Source of the DNA: a virus
IMG/VR virus record: IMGVR_UViG_3300032144_000385
Location: 4,766 to 68,765 of that record
DNA length: 64,000 nucleotides
Strand: one strand, 5' to 3'
In this document: one piece after another, positions 54,748-63,922 of the stretch
Layout: each line of letters begins with the position of its first letter
Numbering within the stretch: the stretch's first letter is position 1
The notes under the pieces: model-generated
Seen by the model: the letters and a program-made list of their open reading frames with translations, nothing else
What the model was told of the DNA's origin: nothing
The model's database searches: none
Translations under genes and position numbers: made by a program

Positions 54748-55152
54748 TCAGGCGTTCACGATGTTCGGGTTCACGGTCACGGCCCCGTCGGCGGCCACCT
54801 CGGGGTTCCCCGACCCGTCGTACAGCTCGAGCTGGTGGAAGTACTCCCTGCCGGCCCGCAGGAGGTCGGTGTCCCCCTCCTCGAGGGTCACGACGACGTT
54901 GAAGCCGTCGACCGCCGGGACCAGGACCTCGATCGTGCTCCCGTTCGCGCTCGGCGCGCCGAGCGAGTCGAGGTCGATCACCGGGGACGCGGTCAGGGGC
55001 CCGCTCGAGCCCTGGGCGCAGGCGGCCCACTTGGCCGAGAGCCCGGTCAGGTCGAGCAGGGGCTCGCCGTCGGTGTCCTCGTCTACCACCGCGAACCGGA
55101 GGATGACCCGCGTGCGCTGGAAGAGTTCGACGTCCTGGTTGCGCTTCGCCAT
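54748..55152 (-). CDS. BppU-like Ig-fold virion protein
   Basis: LDLTG..AKW...VTL...DT..L...Y.HQLE..D..G.......G.V.V. Confidence 0.7.
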   Translation of the reverse strand: MAKRNQDVELFQRTRVILRFAVVDEDTDGEPLLDLTGLSAKWAACAQGSSGPLTASPVIDLDSLGAPSANGSTIEVLVPAVDGFNVVVTLEEGDTDLLRAGREYFHQLELYDGSGNPEVAADGAVTVNPNIVNA

Positions 55153-55154
55153 GT

Positions 55155-57215
55155 TCAGATGCCGCCGCCCAGATCGTAGACGACCCGGCGTCCGGCGGAA
55201 AGGTCGGTCGCCGCGGCGTGCCCGGCCAGGAGGTCGAGGAGCAGCCGGCGCCCGGCCGCGAGGACGTGCACGTCCGCGATGGCCTCGGCGTCGGTCCCCG
55301 CGAGGACCGCGGCGGGGACGGTGAGGACCCCCGTCGCGAGGAACCGCTCCGCGGCCGCGGCCGTCAGGACGACGGCGCCGACCAGGACCCCGCCCGAGGC
55401 GGTGATCGCGACGGCGGCGGCCGCGGTGGCGGAGCCCGCCAGGATCGCGGCCGCCTGGGAGACGGCCCCAGAGGCGGCGACCTTCTCAAGCGCGGAGCCG
55501 GCGAGGACCGTCGGCGCGGCCGAGACAGCCCCCGAGGCCGACGCGCGCTCCGCGGCGGATCCCGCGAGGACCGCGACCCCGACCGAGAGGGCTCCCGAGG
55601 CCGAGAGCCGGCCGGCCGCGGAGCCCGCGAGGATCGCGGCCGCGGTCAGGATCGACCCCGACGAGGCGAACCGCTCCGCGGCGGAGCCGGCGAGGACCGC
55701 GGCGGCGGCCGCGGCGGCGCCCGAGGCGGCGACCTTCTCGAGCGCGGAGCCGGCGAGGACCGTCGGCGGCCGCAGGACGGCGCCGGACGCGGCGAACCGC
55801 TCGAGCGCGGCGCCGGAAAGCACGGTCGCCCCGGCGGTCAGCGACCCCGAGGCCTGGAACCGCTCCGCGGCCGCGCCCGACAGGGCGGCGCGCTGCACGG
55901 CGAGGGCGCCCGAGGCGGTGAACCGCTCCGTCGCGGCCCCCGCCAGCACCGCGCGCGCGACGGTCATCGCGCCGGTCGGGGGCGGCTCCTCGACCACCAG
56001 GATCGCGACCGGCGAGTCCGCCGCCGCGGTCGAGCTCACGTTGTACGTGTACCCCGTCGCGGTGAAGGCGACGTGGTTCAGCACGTACTCGTGCAGGGTG
56101 GCCGTCGACACTGCGTCGACCATGTTGGCGCTGGAGGTCAGCGACTGCGTGCCCGAGGTGCCGATGCCGTCGCGCGCGTTCCAGGTGACGCAGGCCTGGG
56201 TGCCCGACGCGGAGCTCGCGGCGCCGACGCTGATCGAGCCGGTCGTGTTCGAGACCGAGTCGGCCGCGGTCACGCGCGTCCCGGCCGCCATGATGAAGCA
56301 CCCGCGCCGGCCGGGGGCCGTCTCGGTCGACTGCCCCGAGGTGTCGACGTTGAGGGTCGGGGACCCGACGTACACGTTCCGGCCCGCGACGCGGAACCAG
56401 AGGTACATCGCGTCGACGGCGGACGCGGTGAGGCTCTTGATCGTGAACCCGGTGCTGTCCCAGGACGAGACCTGGACGCGCGCGGTCTCCGTCACGGCGC
56501 CGGCCACGCCCGTGATGGTCGAGACGCAGGCGTCGGTGCGGACCATGGACCCCGAGGAGGTCGAGCCCGCGGCGTTGTCCTCGGCCGTGACGGTCGCGGC
56601 CGCGTTGCCGCCGCTCGAGCGGCCCGCGAACCCGACGGACAGGCGCGCGACCGTCGTGCCGAGGTCGGCCGCGAAGTCCTGGCCGACGCTGAGGGCGATC
56701 AGGCCGTCGGGCGTCACGCCCGGCGCGGTCGTGGCGACCGTGCCGTTCAGCGAGCCCGAGCTCTTGAGGTTCAGCACCCCGGCCAGCATGTCCGCGCCCC
56801 AGAGGAACACGGCGTACCCGCGGTAGGCGTTCGACGGCTCGTCGCCGCTCGCCCAGTTGATCGTGACCTGGTCGGTCCCGAACGAGACGAAGGTGGCGCG
56901 CGCCTCCTTCCCCTGGTTCACCGTCCCGGTGATCTGGATGCACGCGCCGGTGTCGATGCGCGAGCCGCTGTCGGCGTTGAGCGCCGGCTGGCCGTTCTCG
57001 GCCATGACCGCGACCGCGCGCTGCGTGCTCCCGTCGGCCGCCCCGCCGCCGATCATCGCCTGCGCGGTGATCGTGTCGAGCGCGGTCGCCCGCGAGACCA
57101 GGAACAGGACGGCCTTGGGCGTCTTGCCCGGGCCGCTCGGGATCGAGATGGTCTGGTTCCCCGACGCCGTGGCGACGGAGAACGGGACTACCGAGAAGCC
57201 GTAGTCGAGGGCCAA
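55155..57215 (-). CDS. large virion accessory/fibre-like protein with C-terminal 21-aa repeats
   Basis: Ser/Thr/Ala-rich beta body; about 10 repeats of ERFxASGxxxxxxxVLAGSAA. Confidence 0.75.
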   Translation of the reverse strand: MALDYGFSVVPFSVATASGNQTISIPSGPGKTPKAVLFLVSRATALDTITAQAMIGGGAADGSTQRAVAVMAENGQPALNADSGSRIDTGACIQITGTVNQGKEARATFVSFGTDQVTINWASGDEPSNAYRGYAVFLWGADMLAGVLNLKSSGSLNGTVATTAPGVTPDGLIALSVGQDFAADLGTTVARLSVGFAGRSSGGNAAATVTAEDNAAGSTSSGSMVRTDACVSTITGVAGAVTETARVQVSSWDSTGFTIKSLTASAVDAMYLWFRVAGRNVYVGSPTLNVDTSGQSTETAPGRRGCFIMAAGTRVTAADSVSNTTGSISVGAASSASGTQACVTWNARDGIGTSGTQSLTSSANMVDAVSTATLHEYVLNHVAFTATGYTYNVSSTAAADSPVAILVVEEPPPTGAMTVARAVLAGAATERFTASGALAVQRAALSGAAAERFQASGSLTAGATVLSGAALERFAASGAVLRPPTVLAGSALEKVAASGAAAAAAAVLAGSAAERFASSGSILTAAAILAGSAAGRLSASGALSVGVAVLAGSAAERASASGAVSAAPTVLAGSALEKVAASGAVSQAAAILAGSATAAAAVAITASGGVLVGAVVLTAAAAERFLATGVLTVPAAVLAGTDAEAIADVHVLAAGRRLLLDLLAGHAAATDLSAGRRVVYDLGGGI

Positions 57216-57228
57216 TCCGGGCCCCCGC

Positions 57229-57657
57229 TCACGACTCGGGGACGGTCACCGTGAAGCTGGTGATCGAGACGATGGCGCCCGAGGAGATCGCCGTGGTGTT
57301 GAAGTTGAGCTCGCTCCCCGAGGTCGCGCAGGCTCCCTGCAGGACCGCGGTCGGGTTGCGGTCCACCATCCGGAAGAACGCGGCCGTGCCGGTGGCGTCG
57401 GCGCTCGTGTCGTCCGAGATCGCGGCCGCGGTCGCCCGCGCGCCCGGCGAGATGTCCGCCGCCGCGCCGAACGCGGGGTTGCTCATGTTGAGCTCGGCGA
57501 GGAGCACCTGCGCCCCGAGCGCCGTGTCGGCGTCGGTCGGCACGGTGCCCGAGTAGATTCGGACGCGCGCGGTGGCGTTCGTGGACCCGAGGTCCAGGCG
57601 ATCGACGATGGCGTCGCACGCCGCGATGGCCGCCGCGTTGGAGATGAAGCCGGTCAC
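57229..57657 (-). CDS. conserved phage virion structural protein
   Basis: IYSGT.P..AD.A.....LL...F..A...A..TGTA.FFR...G...SG.EL..NTT.I..G..V.ITSF. Confidence 0.8.
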   Translation of the reverse strand: MTGFISNAAAIAACDAIVDRLDLGSTNATARVRIYSGTVPTDADTALGAQVLLAELNMSNPAFGAAADISPGARATAAAISDDTSADATGTAAFFRMVDRNPTAVLQGACATSGSELNFNTTAISSGAIVSITSFTVTVPES

Positions 57658-57661
57658 GGTA

Positions 57662-57922
57662 TCAGTCCCCCTTCCCGGGCCGCGGACCTTCGGCATTGAG
57701 GAGCGCCTCGATCTCCGCGCGGTGCGGATGGTCGTGCGGGATCAGGAGCCGCATGTCGCGGTACCCCTCCCCGACGCGGCCCGTGCCCGCGCAGCGGTCG
57801 CACTGGGCGGGGCCATCGTACTCGGCATGCCCGCCGGGCACGTCGTGGGCCTCGTGCTTCGCGACGCGCTCGGCGTCGCGCCCGGAGCCCCCGCACTCGG
57901 GGCACTGCTCGTTTCGCTTCAT
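57662..57922 (-). CDS. small DnaJ-type Zn-finger protein
   Basis: CPECGGSG...CDRCAGTG; ATG at 57922. Confidence 0.65.
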   Translation of the reverse strand: MKRNEQCPECGGSGRDAERVAKHEAHDVPGGHAEYDGPAQCDRCAGTGRVGEGYRDMRLLIPHDHPHRAEIEALLNAEGPRPGKGD

Positions 57923-58140
57923 CCCTGCTCCTCCAGCTCCCTCTTTCGCTCCTCGTAGCCGGGGTCGCCCGGGTTGAGGACGCGCACTGTACCCGAGACG
58001 CGGACGCTTGGGCAGAGGACGTCCAGCGCGACGCGCGTGGCCCCGCCGCACACGTCGCAGGGGCCGACCTCGCTGGTGCCCGCCAGGACGTCGATGCGCC
58101 GGACGCGGCCGGAGCCGAGGCACCCGGGGCAGGTCTTCAC
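57919..58140 (-). CDS. small DnaJ-type Zn-finger protein
   Basis: CPGCLGSG...CDVCGG; GTG overlaps the portal stop. Confidence 0.65.
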   Translation of the reverse strand: MKTCPGCLGSGRVRRIDVLAGTSEVGPCDVCGGATRVALDVLCPSVRVSGTVRVLNPGDPGYEERKRELEEQG

Positions 58141-59576
58141 GCGGACGCCTCCTCGTCCTCGGGGGTCGCCTCCGCGGTCGCCTCGGCCGTCTCCGCCGCC
58201 ATCTCCGCGACCTCGGCCGCCTGGCGGCCGGGCAGGAGCCCGGCGTCGAGCGCCGAGGGCACCTCGACCGGGTGCTGGAGGCCGAGCAGGTCGCGGACCT
58301 GGTTCACCGCGGGGTCGTTCGGGAGCGTCATCGCGCCCGCCTGGCCCATCTTCGCGAGGGTGTCGGCCACCTCCTGCGCGCTGCGGTACTGCAGGCGGTC
58401 GGTCAGCATCTCGGGCATCGCCTCGAGCGGCCAGCCGTTCATCGCCCAGATCGGGCCGAGGTAGTCGCGCTGGAAGGCCTCGCGCAGCTCCTCGAGCGTG
58501 CCGTCGACCTGCACCGCGAAGTTGTGGTTCTTCTCCTTGGCGAGCGCGAAGCTGCCCGCGGCGCCGTCGCCGAGCAGGAGCTGCTCCACGCCGAGGACGC
58601 GCGCGATCTCGCGGTTCAGGCGCTCGATCGCGCGCAGCACCTCCGCGTGGGAGTTCGCGTCGCTGCGCAGGAGGTCGAGGCCCCACTTGTACGCCGACGA
58701 CGGGCGCCGGGTCTCGCGGTCCTCGTAGGTCATGCTGTCGAGCAGGACCGACATGTTCGGGGTCTTGACGTGGCCGCGCAGGAACGCGCGCATGCCCTGG
58801 AGCTCGGCGTCCACGTCGGCCTTGTTCTCGCGCATCTCCGCGATCGGCGCGCGGCCGACCGGGATCCCGCGGAGGTCGGTCTCGTAGCCCCAGCCCTCGA
58901 GCTGCTCGTAGCGGTTCAGGCGGCGCACGGACTCGGCGACGTGCCGGAAGAGGCCCATGCCCTCGGGCGAGTCGCTCACCGAGTCGTCGACGAGGTAGAC
59001 GAGCTTCCAGCGCGGGAGGAACACGCGCGCGCCGCTCATCGGGCTCTCCTGCCACGCGCCGTACACGCGGCCGCGCTCGTCGACGTCCCACTGGCGGATC
59101 GTCGACTGCGGGCGCACCGCGACGTCGGCCATGCCGATCGTGCCGTCGGCGCGCACGCCGGCGGTCCACTCCTGCAGGCTGAACCCGTAGAAGCGGTACA
59201 TCGCGGCGCGGCGGACGACGCGCTGCCACGAGGTGGCTCCGGCCGTCGGGCCGTACATCATCGCGTAGACGAGGTCGGTCAGGCGCTGCGAGTCGGGGTG
59301 GTCCGTCGGGTCGAGCGTCCACTGCGGGCGGCTGACCAGGTTCAGGAAGTAGCGCACCCCCGCGCTCACGATCGCCGTGTTCGCGAGCGCGTTCGAGAAG
59401 GTGACGTAGCGCTGGTCGCCCGCGAGCTCGGGCCGGCGCTCGACGACCTGGACGTACCCGCCGACGACGGCGGTGCCGCTGACGCCCTGCGGGGCGTCGG
59501 GCGGCAGGGCCTGCGGCCCGGGCGCGCGCGAGAGGTCCCGCGAGAGCCCGAGCTGCTTCAGGATGCGGTCGAGCAC
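58137..59576 (-). CDS. portal protein (Mu gp29/DUF935-like)
   Basis: 479 aa downstream of TerL; YGFSLQE, PEG.GLFR, G.P.G, IAR.LG...L.G..GS.AL. Confidence 0.88.
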   Translation of the reverse strand: MLDRILKQLGLSRDLSRAPGPQALPPDAPQGVSGTAVVGGYVQVVERRPELAGDQRYVTFSNALANTAIVSAGVRYFLNLVSRPQWTLDPTDHPDSQRLTDLVYAMMYGPTAGATSWQRVVRRAAMYRFYGFSLQEWTAGVRADGTIGMADVAVRPQSTIRQWDVDERGRVYGAWQESPMSGARVFLPRWKLVYLVDDSVSDSPEGMGLFRHVAESVRRLNRYEQLEGWGYETDLRGIPVGRAPIAEMRENKADVDAELQGMRAFLRGHVKTPNMSVLLDSMTYEDRETRRPSSAYKWGLDLLRSDANSHAEVLRAIERLNREIARVLGVEQLLLGDGAAGSFALAKEKNHNFAVQVDGTLEELREAFQRDYLGPIWAMNGWPLEAMPEMLTDRLQYRSAQEVADTLAKMGQAGAMTLPNDPAVNQVRDLLGLQHPVEVPSALDAGLLPGRQAAEVAEMAAETAEATAEATPEDEEASA

Positions 59577-59584
59577 CTAGGGTC

Positions 59585-60157
59585 TCAGGCCGAGGGCGAG
59601 GTCGTGTTGATAACGATCGTCGTCGCGCCCTCGGCGGACGAGGACGACACGTACCCGGAGGTCGCCACGGTCTCGGGCCGCGAGTGCATCGCGCCCATGG
59701 CGCGCAGCACGTCGCCGGCGGCCGTGTAGAGCTTGCCCTTGGACATGCTGCGGAACGCGGAGGCGTACAGCGAGCGCTTGCGCCGGCTCGAGAGCGCGGC
59801 GACCGCCTCGAGCGCGAGGGCGCCGAGGCCGTAGGGCAGGAGGCCGGCGAGCGGCTCCGCCTGGCGGCGCGCGGCGCGCTCCTCGAGGCCGGCGAGCGCC
59901 TCCTCCGCGCCCGCGAGGCGGCGGTTCGCGGCGGCGAGCGCCTCCGCGGCGGGGAGGTCGTCGGACGGGTCGGGGCTCTGGGCGGCGGACTCGACCTGGC
60001 CCTCCGCCGCGGAGACCGCGGCCTGGGCCGCCGCCTCCTCCGCGAGCTGGCGGTCGTACTCCGGCAGGGCCTCGGGCGTGCTGGACGCGACGGCCTGGCG
60101 GTCGACGGCGCATCCGGGGAGCAGGGCGAGGACGAGGGCGGCGATGAAGGGGCGCAT
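59585..60157 (-). CDS. predicted lipoprotein with coiled coil
   Basis: MRPFIAALVLALLPGC lipobox; heptad-rich middle. Confidence 0.7.
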   Translation of the reverse strand: MRPFIAALVLALLPGCAVDRQAVASSTPEALPEYDRQLAEEAAAQAAVSAAEGQVESAAQSPDPSDDLPAAEALAAANRRLAGAEEALAGLEERAARRQAEPLAGLLPYGLGALALEAVAALSSRRKRSLYASAFRSMSKGKLYTAAGDVLRAMGAMHSRPETVATSGYVSSSSAEGATTIVINTTSPSA

Positions 60158-60167
60158 GGCCCCCATG

Positions 60168-62723
60168 CTACTCCGGATCGTCCTGCTGGACAACCTCGGC
60201 CGCGGCCCCCGAGGAGGCGGTCGGCATGCGGACGAGCCGCGCGAAGGCGCGCGAGAGGGCGTCCACCTGGTCCTTGTACGTCCCGGCGGGGAACTGCCCG
60301 AGCTCGGCCAGGAGCTGGTCGGTCCATGGCGCCTCGACCACGCTGACGTTCCCGAGCTCCACCTGGGCGGCGAGCGGGCGCGCGCGGTCCTCCTTCGACC
60401 CCGTCTCCGGGCTGATCCGGACGTCGTACCCCGCCAGGAGCTCCGCGAAGTCCGCCTTCTGCGACAGGCCCGCCTGCCCGGGGTCCTGCGGCAGGTCGTG
60501 CACGGTCGAGCGCGGGTCCCCGTCCGCGGCCTCCCGCACCCGCATCCGCACCTCGCCCGGTCCCCAGCGCCCGCGGACGATGTCGGTGATCGTGTAGTGG
60601 TCCCGCCCGTCGCGCTTCCAGCGCGACATGCGCGCCCCCACCGTGTAGGCCGCGCGACCGTCCTTCGACGCCGCGAGGTCCCACGCCCGGCAGACCCGTC
60701 CCACCGGGACCTCCTCGGCCCGGACCCGGAGGATCTGGTCGCGCTTGAACATCCCCCCGCCGCGCGGCACCGGGCGCTGCTGCAGCTGGCTCGAGATCGC
60801 GTAGTCCCCGCCCCAGCTCGACAGCTCCTTCTCGAGCTCGTCGACCTGCGCGGGCGGGAACCGCTCCGGCCAGAAGAGCTCGCCCGGCTCCGTGCGCGGG
60901 TCCACGAACCCGAGGCTCGTCTTCGACGGGTAGGGGTGGTCGGGCTCGTGCCGCATCGGCAGGATCAGCCGGTCGTACGCGAGCCCGTGCTCGAGGATGT
61001 GGCCGGCGGGGTCCCGGTCGTGCAGGCGCTGCATGATCAGGATGATCGCGCTCGAGGCGTCGTTCGTGCGGCTCGGGATGACCTCGGTGAAGTACTGCAG
61101 GCAGATGTCGAGCGCCGCCTCGCTCGCGACCTCGCGCGCGTTCAGCAGGTCGTCCAGGATCACGCGGTCGCCGCGCTCGCCCGTGCCCGTGCCCTTGACC
61201 GAGCTCGCGAAGCGCCACCCGGTCGCGGAGTTCCCGAACTTCTCCTTGCCGAAGCTCTCGAGCTTCACGCGCTCGCCCCAGAGCTTCTGGTAGACCTCCG
61301 ACTGCACGAGGCGCAGGCACCGCCCGTTGTCTCGGATCGTCAGGTCCTCGGAGTACGCCGAACTCATGTACCGCATGTGCGGCAGGTTCCGCGGGCCCCA
61401 CTCCCACGCGGGCCAGAAGACGTTGCAGAGGAGAGAGTTGTGCACGGCCACGTCTCCGACGGTGAACGAGGCGTCCTCCTCGACCGTCAGGCACCGGCAC
61501 TCGCCCTCTCCGTCCAGCTCGACCGACTCGACCTCGTCCTCGTACAGAACGCGCTCGAAGATCGAGTCCGGGGCGGTATCCGCCGCTAGCCGCTTGCGGG
61601 CGCAGAGCCCGGGCAGCGCGGCGATCCTCCACAGGTCCGGGCTGCCGACGACGCTCACCGTCCAGGAGACGTAGAGGTCGCCCTGCTTCCGCGTTCTGAT
61701 CTTGCTGACCTTGCGCCGAACCGACGATCGGATCCCGAGCCGCAGCAGCGCGTGCTGCACGTCGTCGGCGAGGCGCTTGGAGACCGTCGTGCAGGAGCTT
61801 CGGTAGGCGGAGCCTCGCTGCCGCGTGTCGCGCACGTACACGTTTCCGTCGCTGGCCCAGTACGCTCCGAGAAAGTTCGAGAGCACCTCGCGCGACGACG
61901 CCAGCACTCGGTTCGGGATGAACTTGTCGTAGCTGTTTTTCCCTGTCAGCCCGAAGCTCTCGACCCAGCCGCGCGACCCCAGAACTCGGACGGTCCAGGA
62001 CGTTCGACCCGCGTACAGCGACTTGCTGGTCCGCAGGCCCACCGCCTCGCAGCACCGCTCGAAGTCAGCGATCACCTCGGGATCGGAGTTCGTGAACACG
62101 GTGGTCGCCGTGGTGAGCGACCCGTCGCCGACCAGGTAGCCGAGGACGCGCGCCTCCTCCACCGTGACGTCTCCCGACAGGTCCTCGTCCGGGCGAACCG
62201 CGGCCAGCGTGTCGCCCCGACGAAGCTCGTCGGCGCGGCGCCAGCCGCGCGGGGTCAGGTACGGATGATCCGCCGCGGCGCGGCTCACGCGACCGGCGAA
62301 CGTCTCTACCCGCAGAAGCGGGAGCACGCCCTGCTCGTGGACCGCGAGCACCCGTCGGTAGCGCCCGCGGTGCGTGAGCACCTCGTCGCCGACCGCGACC
62401 TCGCCGAGCGGGATCCGACCGCGCCGCGTGGCGACCAGGTTCCCCACCCACTCGGGCTTCATGCTCCCGGGCGGAATGTTGATCAGGAGCCGCCGGATCC
62501 GCCCGGCCGTGACCGCCTCGAGGTGGCTCGCGACCGCCTCGAGCGCCCAGCCGGTGACGAGCTTCCGACCCGGCTCGAGCACGGGCCACATGAGCTTGAC
62601 GAACTCGACGAGGCTGCGCTCCGCGCCGGCCTTCCGCAGGTGGAGCCGCGCCTCGTCGGGGTGCGCGGCGGCCCAGCGGGCGAGCGCCGCGAGGTCGGCG
62701 GGCGGGTTGGGCTTCGGGCTCAC
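60168..62723 (-). CDS. terL: terminase large subunit (intein-containing)
   Basis: LLINIPPGSMK|S Walker A split by the intein; G.RGDRVILDD; IMQRLH..D; AWDLA; DQVDA; GTG at 62723. Confidence 0.97.
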   Translation of the reverse strand: MSPKPNPPADLAALARWAAAHPDEARLHLRKAGAERSLVEFVKLMWPVLEPGRKLVTGWALEAVASHLEAVTAGRIRRLLINIPPGSMKPEWVGNLVATRRGRIPLGEVAVGDEVLTHRGRYRRVLAVHEQGVLPLLRVETFAGRVSRAAADHPYLTPRGWRRADELRRGDTLAAVRPDEDLSGDVTVEEARVLGYLVGDGSLTTATTVFTNSDPEVIADFERCCEAVGLRTSKSLYAGRTSWTVRVLGSRGWVESFGLTGKNSYDKFIPNRVLASSREVLSNFLGAYWASDGNVYVRDTRQRGSAYRSSCTTVSKRLADDVQHALLRLGIRSSVRRKVSKIRTRKQGDLYVSWTVSVVGSPDLWRIAALPGLCARKRLAADTAPDSIFERVLYEDEVESVELDGEGECRCLTVEEDASFTVGDVAVHNSLLCNVFWPAWEWGPRNLPHMRYMSSAYSEDLTIRDNGRCLRLVQSEVYQKLWGERVKLESFGKEKFGNSATGWRFASSVKGTGTGERGDRVILDDLLNAREVASEAALDICLQYFTEVIPSRTNDASSAIILIMQRLHDRDPAGHILEHGLAYDRLILPMRHEPDHPYPSKTSLGFVDPRTEPGELFWPERFPPAQVDELEKELSSWGGDYAISSQLQQRPVPRGGGMFKRDQILRVRAEEVPVGRVCRAWDLAASKDGRAAYTVGARMSRWKRDGRDHYTITDIVRGRWGPGEVRMRVREAADGDPRSTVHDLPQDPGQAGLSQKADFAELLAGYDVRISPETGSKEDRARPLAAQVELGNVSVVEAPWTDQLLAELGQFPAGTYKDQVDALSRAFARLVRMPTASSGAAAEVVQQDDPE
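61437..62456 (-). mobile_element. 340-aa intein with LAGLIDADG homing endonuclease; Pro1, class-3-like
   Basis: Block A PEWVGNLVATRRG, block B AAADHPYL, endonuclease blocks LGYLVGDG and LGAYWASDG, block F CRCLTVEE..SF, block G VAVHN/S. Confidence 0.93.
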
Positions 62724-62872
62724 GCCGGCGCCGGCAGCGGCCGGCACGAGAGGACGCGCTCGAGGCCGCAGAGCGCCATCGCCTCCGCGCACGCCTCGTC
62801 GGGGTCGGCGGTCCGGCGCCAGGCGAGAACCGAGCGTCCGCCGCGGAGGCCGTGGATGAGCCAGACGATCAC
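62720..62872 (-). CDS. hypothetical protein
   Basis: MIVWLIHGLRGG...; GTGA overlaps. Confidence 0.45.
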   Translation of the reverse strand: MIVWLIHGLRGGRSVLAWRRTADPDEACAEAMALCGLERVLSCRPLPAPA

Positions 62873-63159
62873 TGTCGGGACCCCGGGCCGCGGAGCAGGG
62901 CGCCGCGCGGGGCGGCGTCGGCGATCGTCGCGCGCACGACCGCCTCGGGGTCGGGGCCCGCCGCCGCGCAGCGCGGCCGGGCGGGGTCCCACACGAATCC
63001 GATGAAGCACGCCGGGGCGATCCCCGCCTCGACGGCCACGAACGACACGGGGTGGTGGTTCGCCGGGAACGCGCGGGTGGTCGGGCCCTCCTGGTTCCAT
63101 CTGGTGTCGCCCGGCACGGCGAGTAGCAGGGCGTCGCGGAGTCGCTCGGAGGCCGTCAC
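62869..63159 (-). CDS. hypothetical protein
   Basis: Track ORF, coupled. Confidence 0.55.
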   Translation of the reverse strand: MTASERLRDALLLAVPGDTRWNQEGPTTRAFPANHHPVSFVAVEAGIAPACFIGFVWDPARPRCAAAGPDPEAVVRATIADAAPRGALLRGPGSRQ

Positions 63160-63722
63160 GGGGCGGGCTCCTCGGGGTCGGGCGCGATCTCGCGCGGGGG
63201 CTGGGGCGCGTCGCCCGCGGCGGGCGGGCTGGTCGGCGGCGCCAGGTGCAGGGACTCCACGAAGGCGTCGAAGCGGCGGCGCTGCTCGGGGAGCAGGTTG
63301 TCGATGGCCGCCGCGGTCGGGGCGTCGCGGCGCTCGGTGACCGAGTGCGGGCGGAAGCGCGGGTCGAGGACCTCGAGCAGGCGCAGCATGAGCCCGTCGG
63401 AGTAGACCCGCTCGACGACGGGCTTACCTTCCTCGTCCAGGACCTGCTTCCCCTGGTAGTAGACGCCCTTCTCGGCCCCCTCCACCGCGCGGCGCGCGGC
63501 CTCGGGGATCAGGACGGAGTCCTTCCAGTTCGTGACGGCGAGCTCGAGCGCCTCCGAGAACGAGGGGTCGCGGGCGGCGGCGGCGCGGATCGCCGACAGG
63601 GTCGTCCCCGCGGCGCGCGCGGCCTTGCCGAGGTCGCCGGTCGTCTCGAGCACCTCGCACACCAGGGCCTGGACGGCGGGCACGAGATCGAGTGATCGGC
63701 GGGGCTCCGGCGCGCGGCTCAA
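63156..63722 (-). CDS. terS: terminase small subunit
   Basis: HTH N-terminus; EA.RRAVEG.EKGVYYQG...YSD.LM..LL....P..; upstream of TerL. Confidence 0.8.
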   Translation of the reverse strand: MSRAPEPRRSLDLVPAVQALVCEVLETTGDLGKAARAAGTTLSAIRAAAARDPSFSEALELAVTNWKDSVLIPEAARRAVEGAEKGVYYQGKQVLDEEGKPVVERVYSDGLMLRLLEVLDPRFRPHSVTERRDAPTAAAIDNLLPEQRRRFDAFVESLHLAPPTSPPAAGDAPQPPREIAPDPEEPAP

Positions 63723-63922
63723 GCGGTCTCCTCCCTCTCCGAGGATAGCATCCGGGCGGCGAGGGCGCGCGCCTCGGCCGGGTCGACGTCGGGCACCTCG
63801 GCCCGGGCCTGGCGGTAGCGCACCTGCTGCGCGTACCCGCGCGAGACGCCCATGCGCTCGGCCATCGCGGCGATCGGCTCGGCGGAGAGCCGGAGCTCGC
63901 GCACCTGCTCGGCCGAGAGCAC
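63719..63922 (-). CDS. small HTH protein
   Basis: PIAAMAERMGVSRGYAQQVR. Confidence 0.65.
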   Translation of the reverse strand: MLSAEQVRELRLSAEPIAAMAERMGVSRGYAQQVRYRQARAEVPDVDPAEARALAARMLSSEREETA

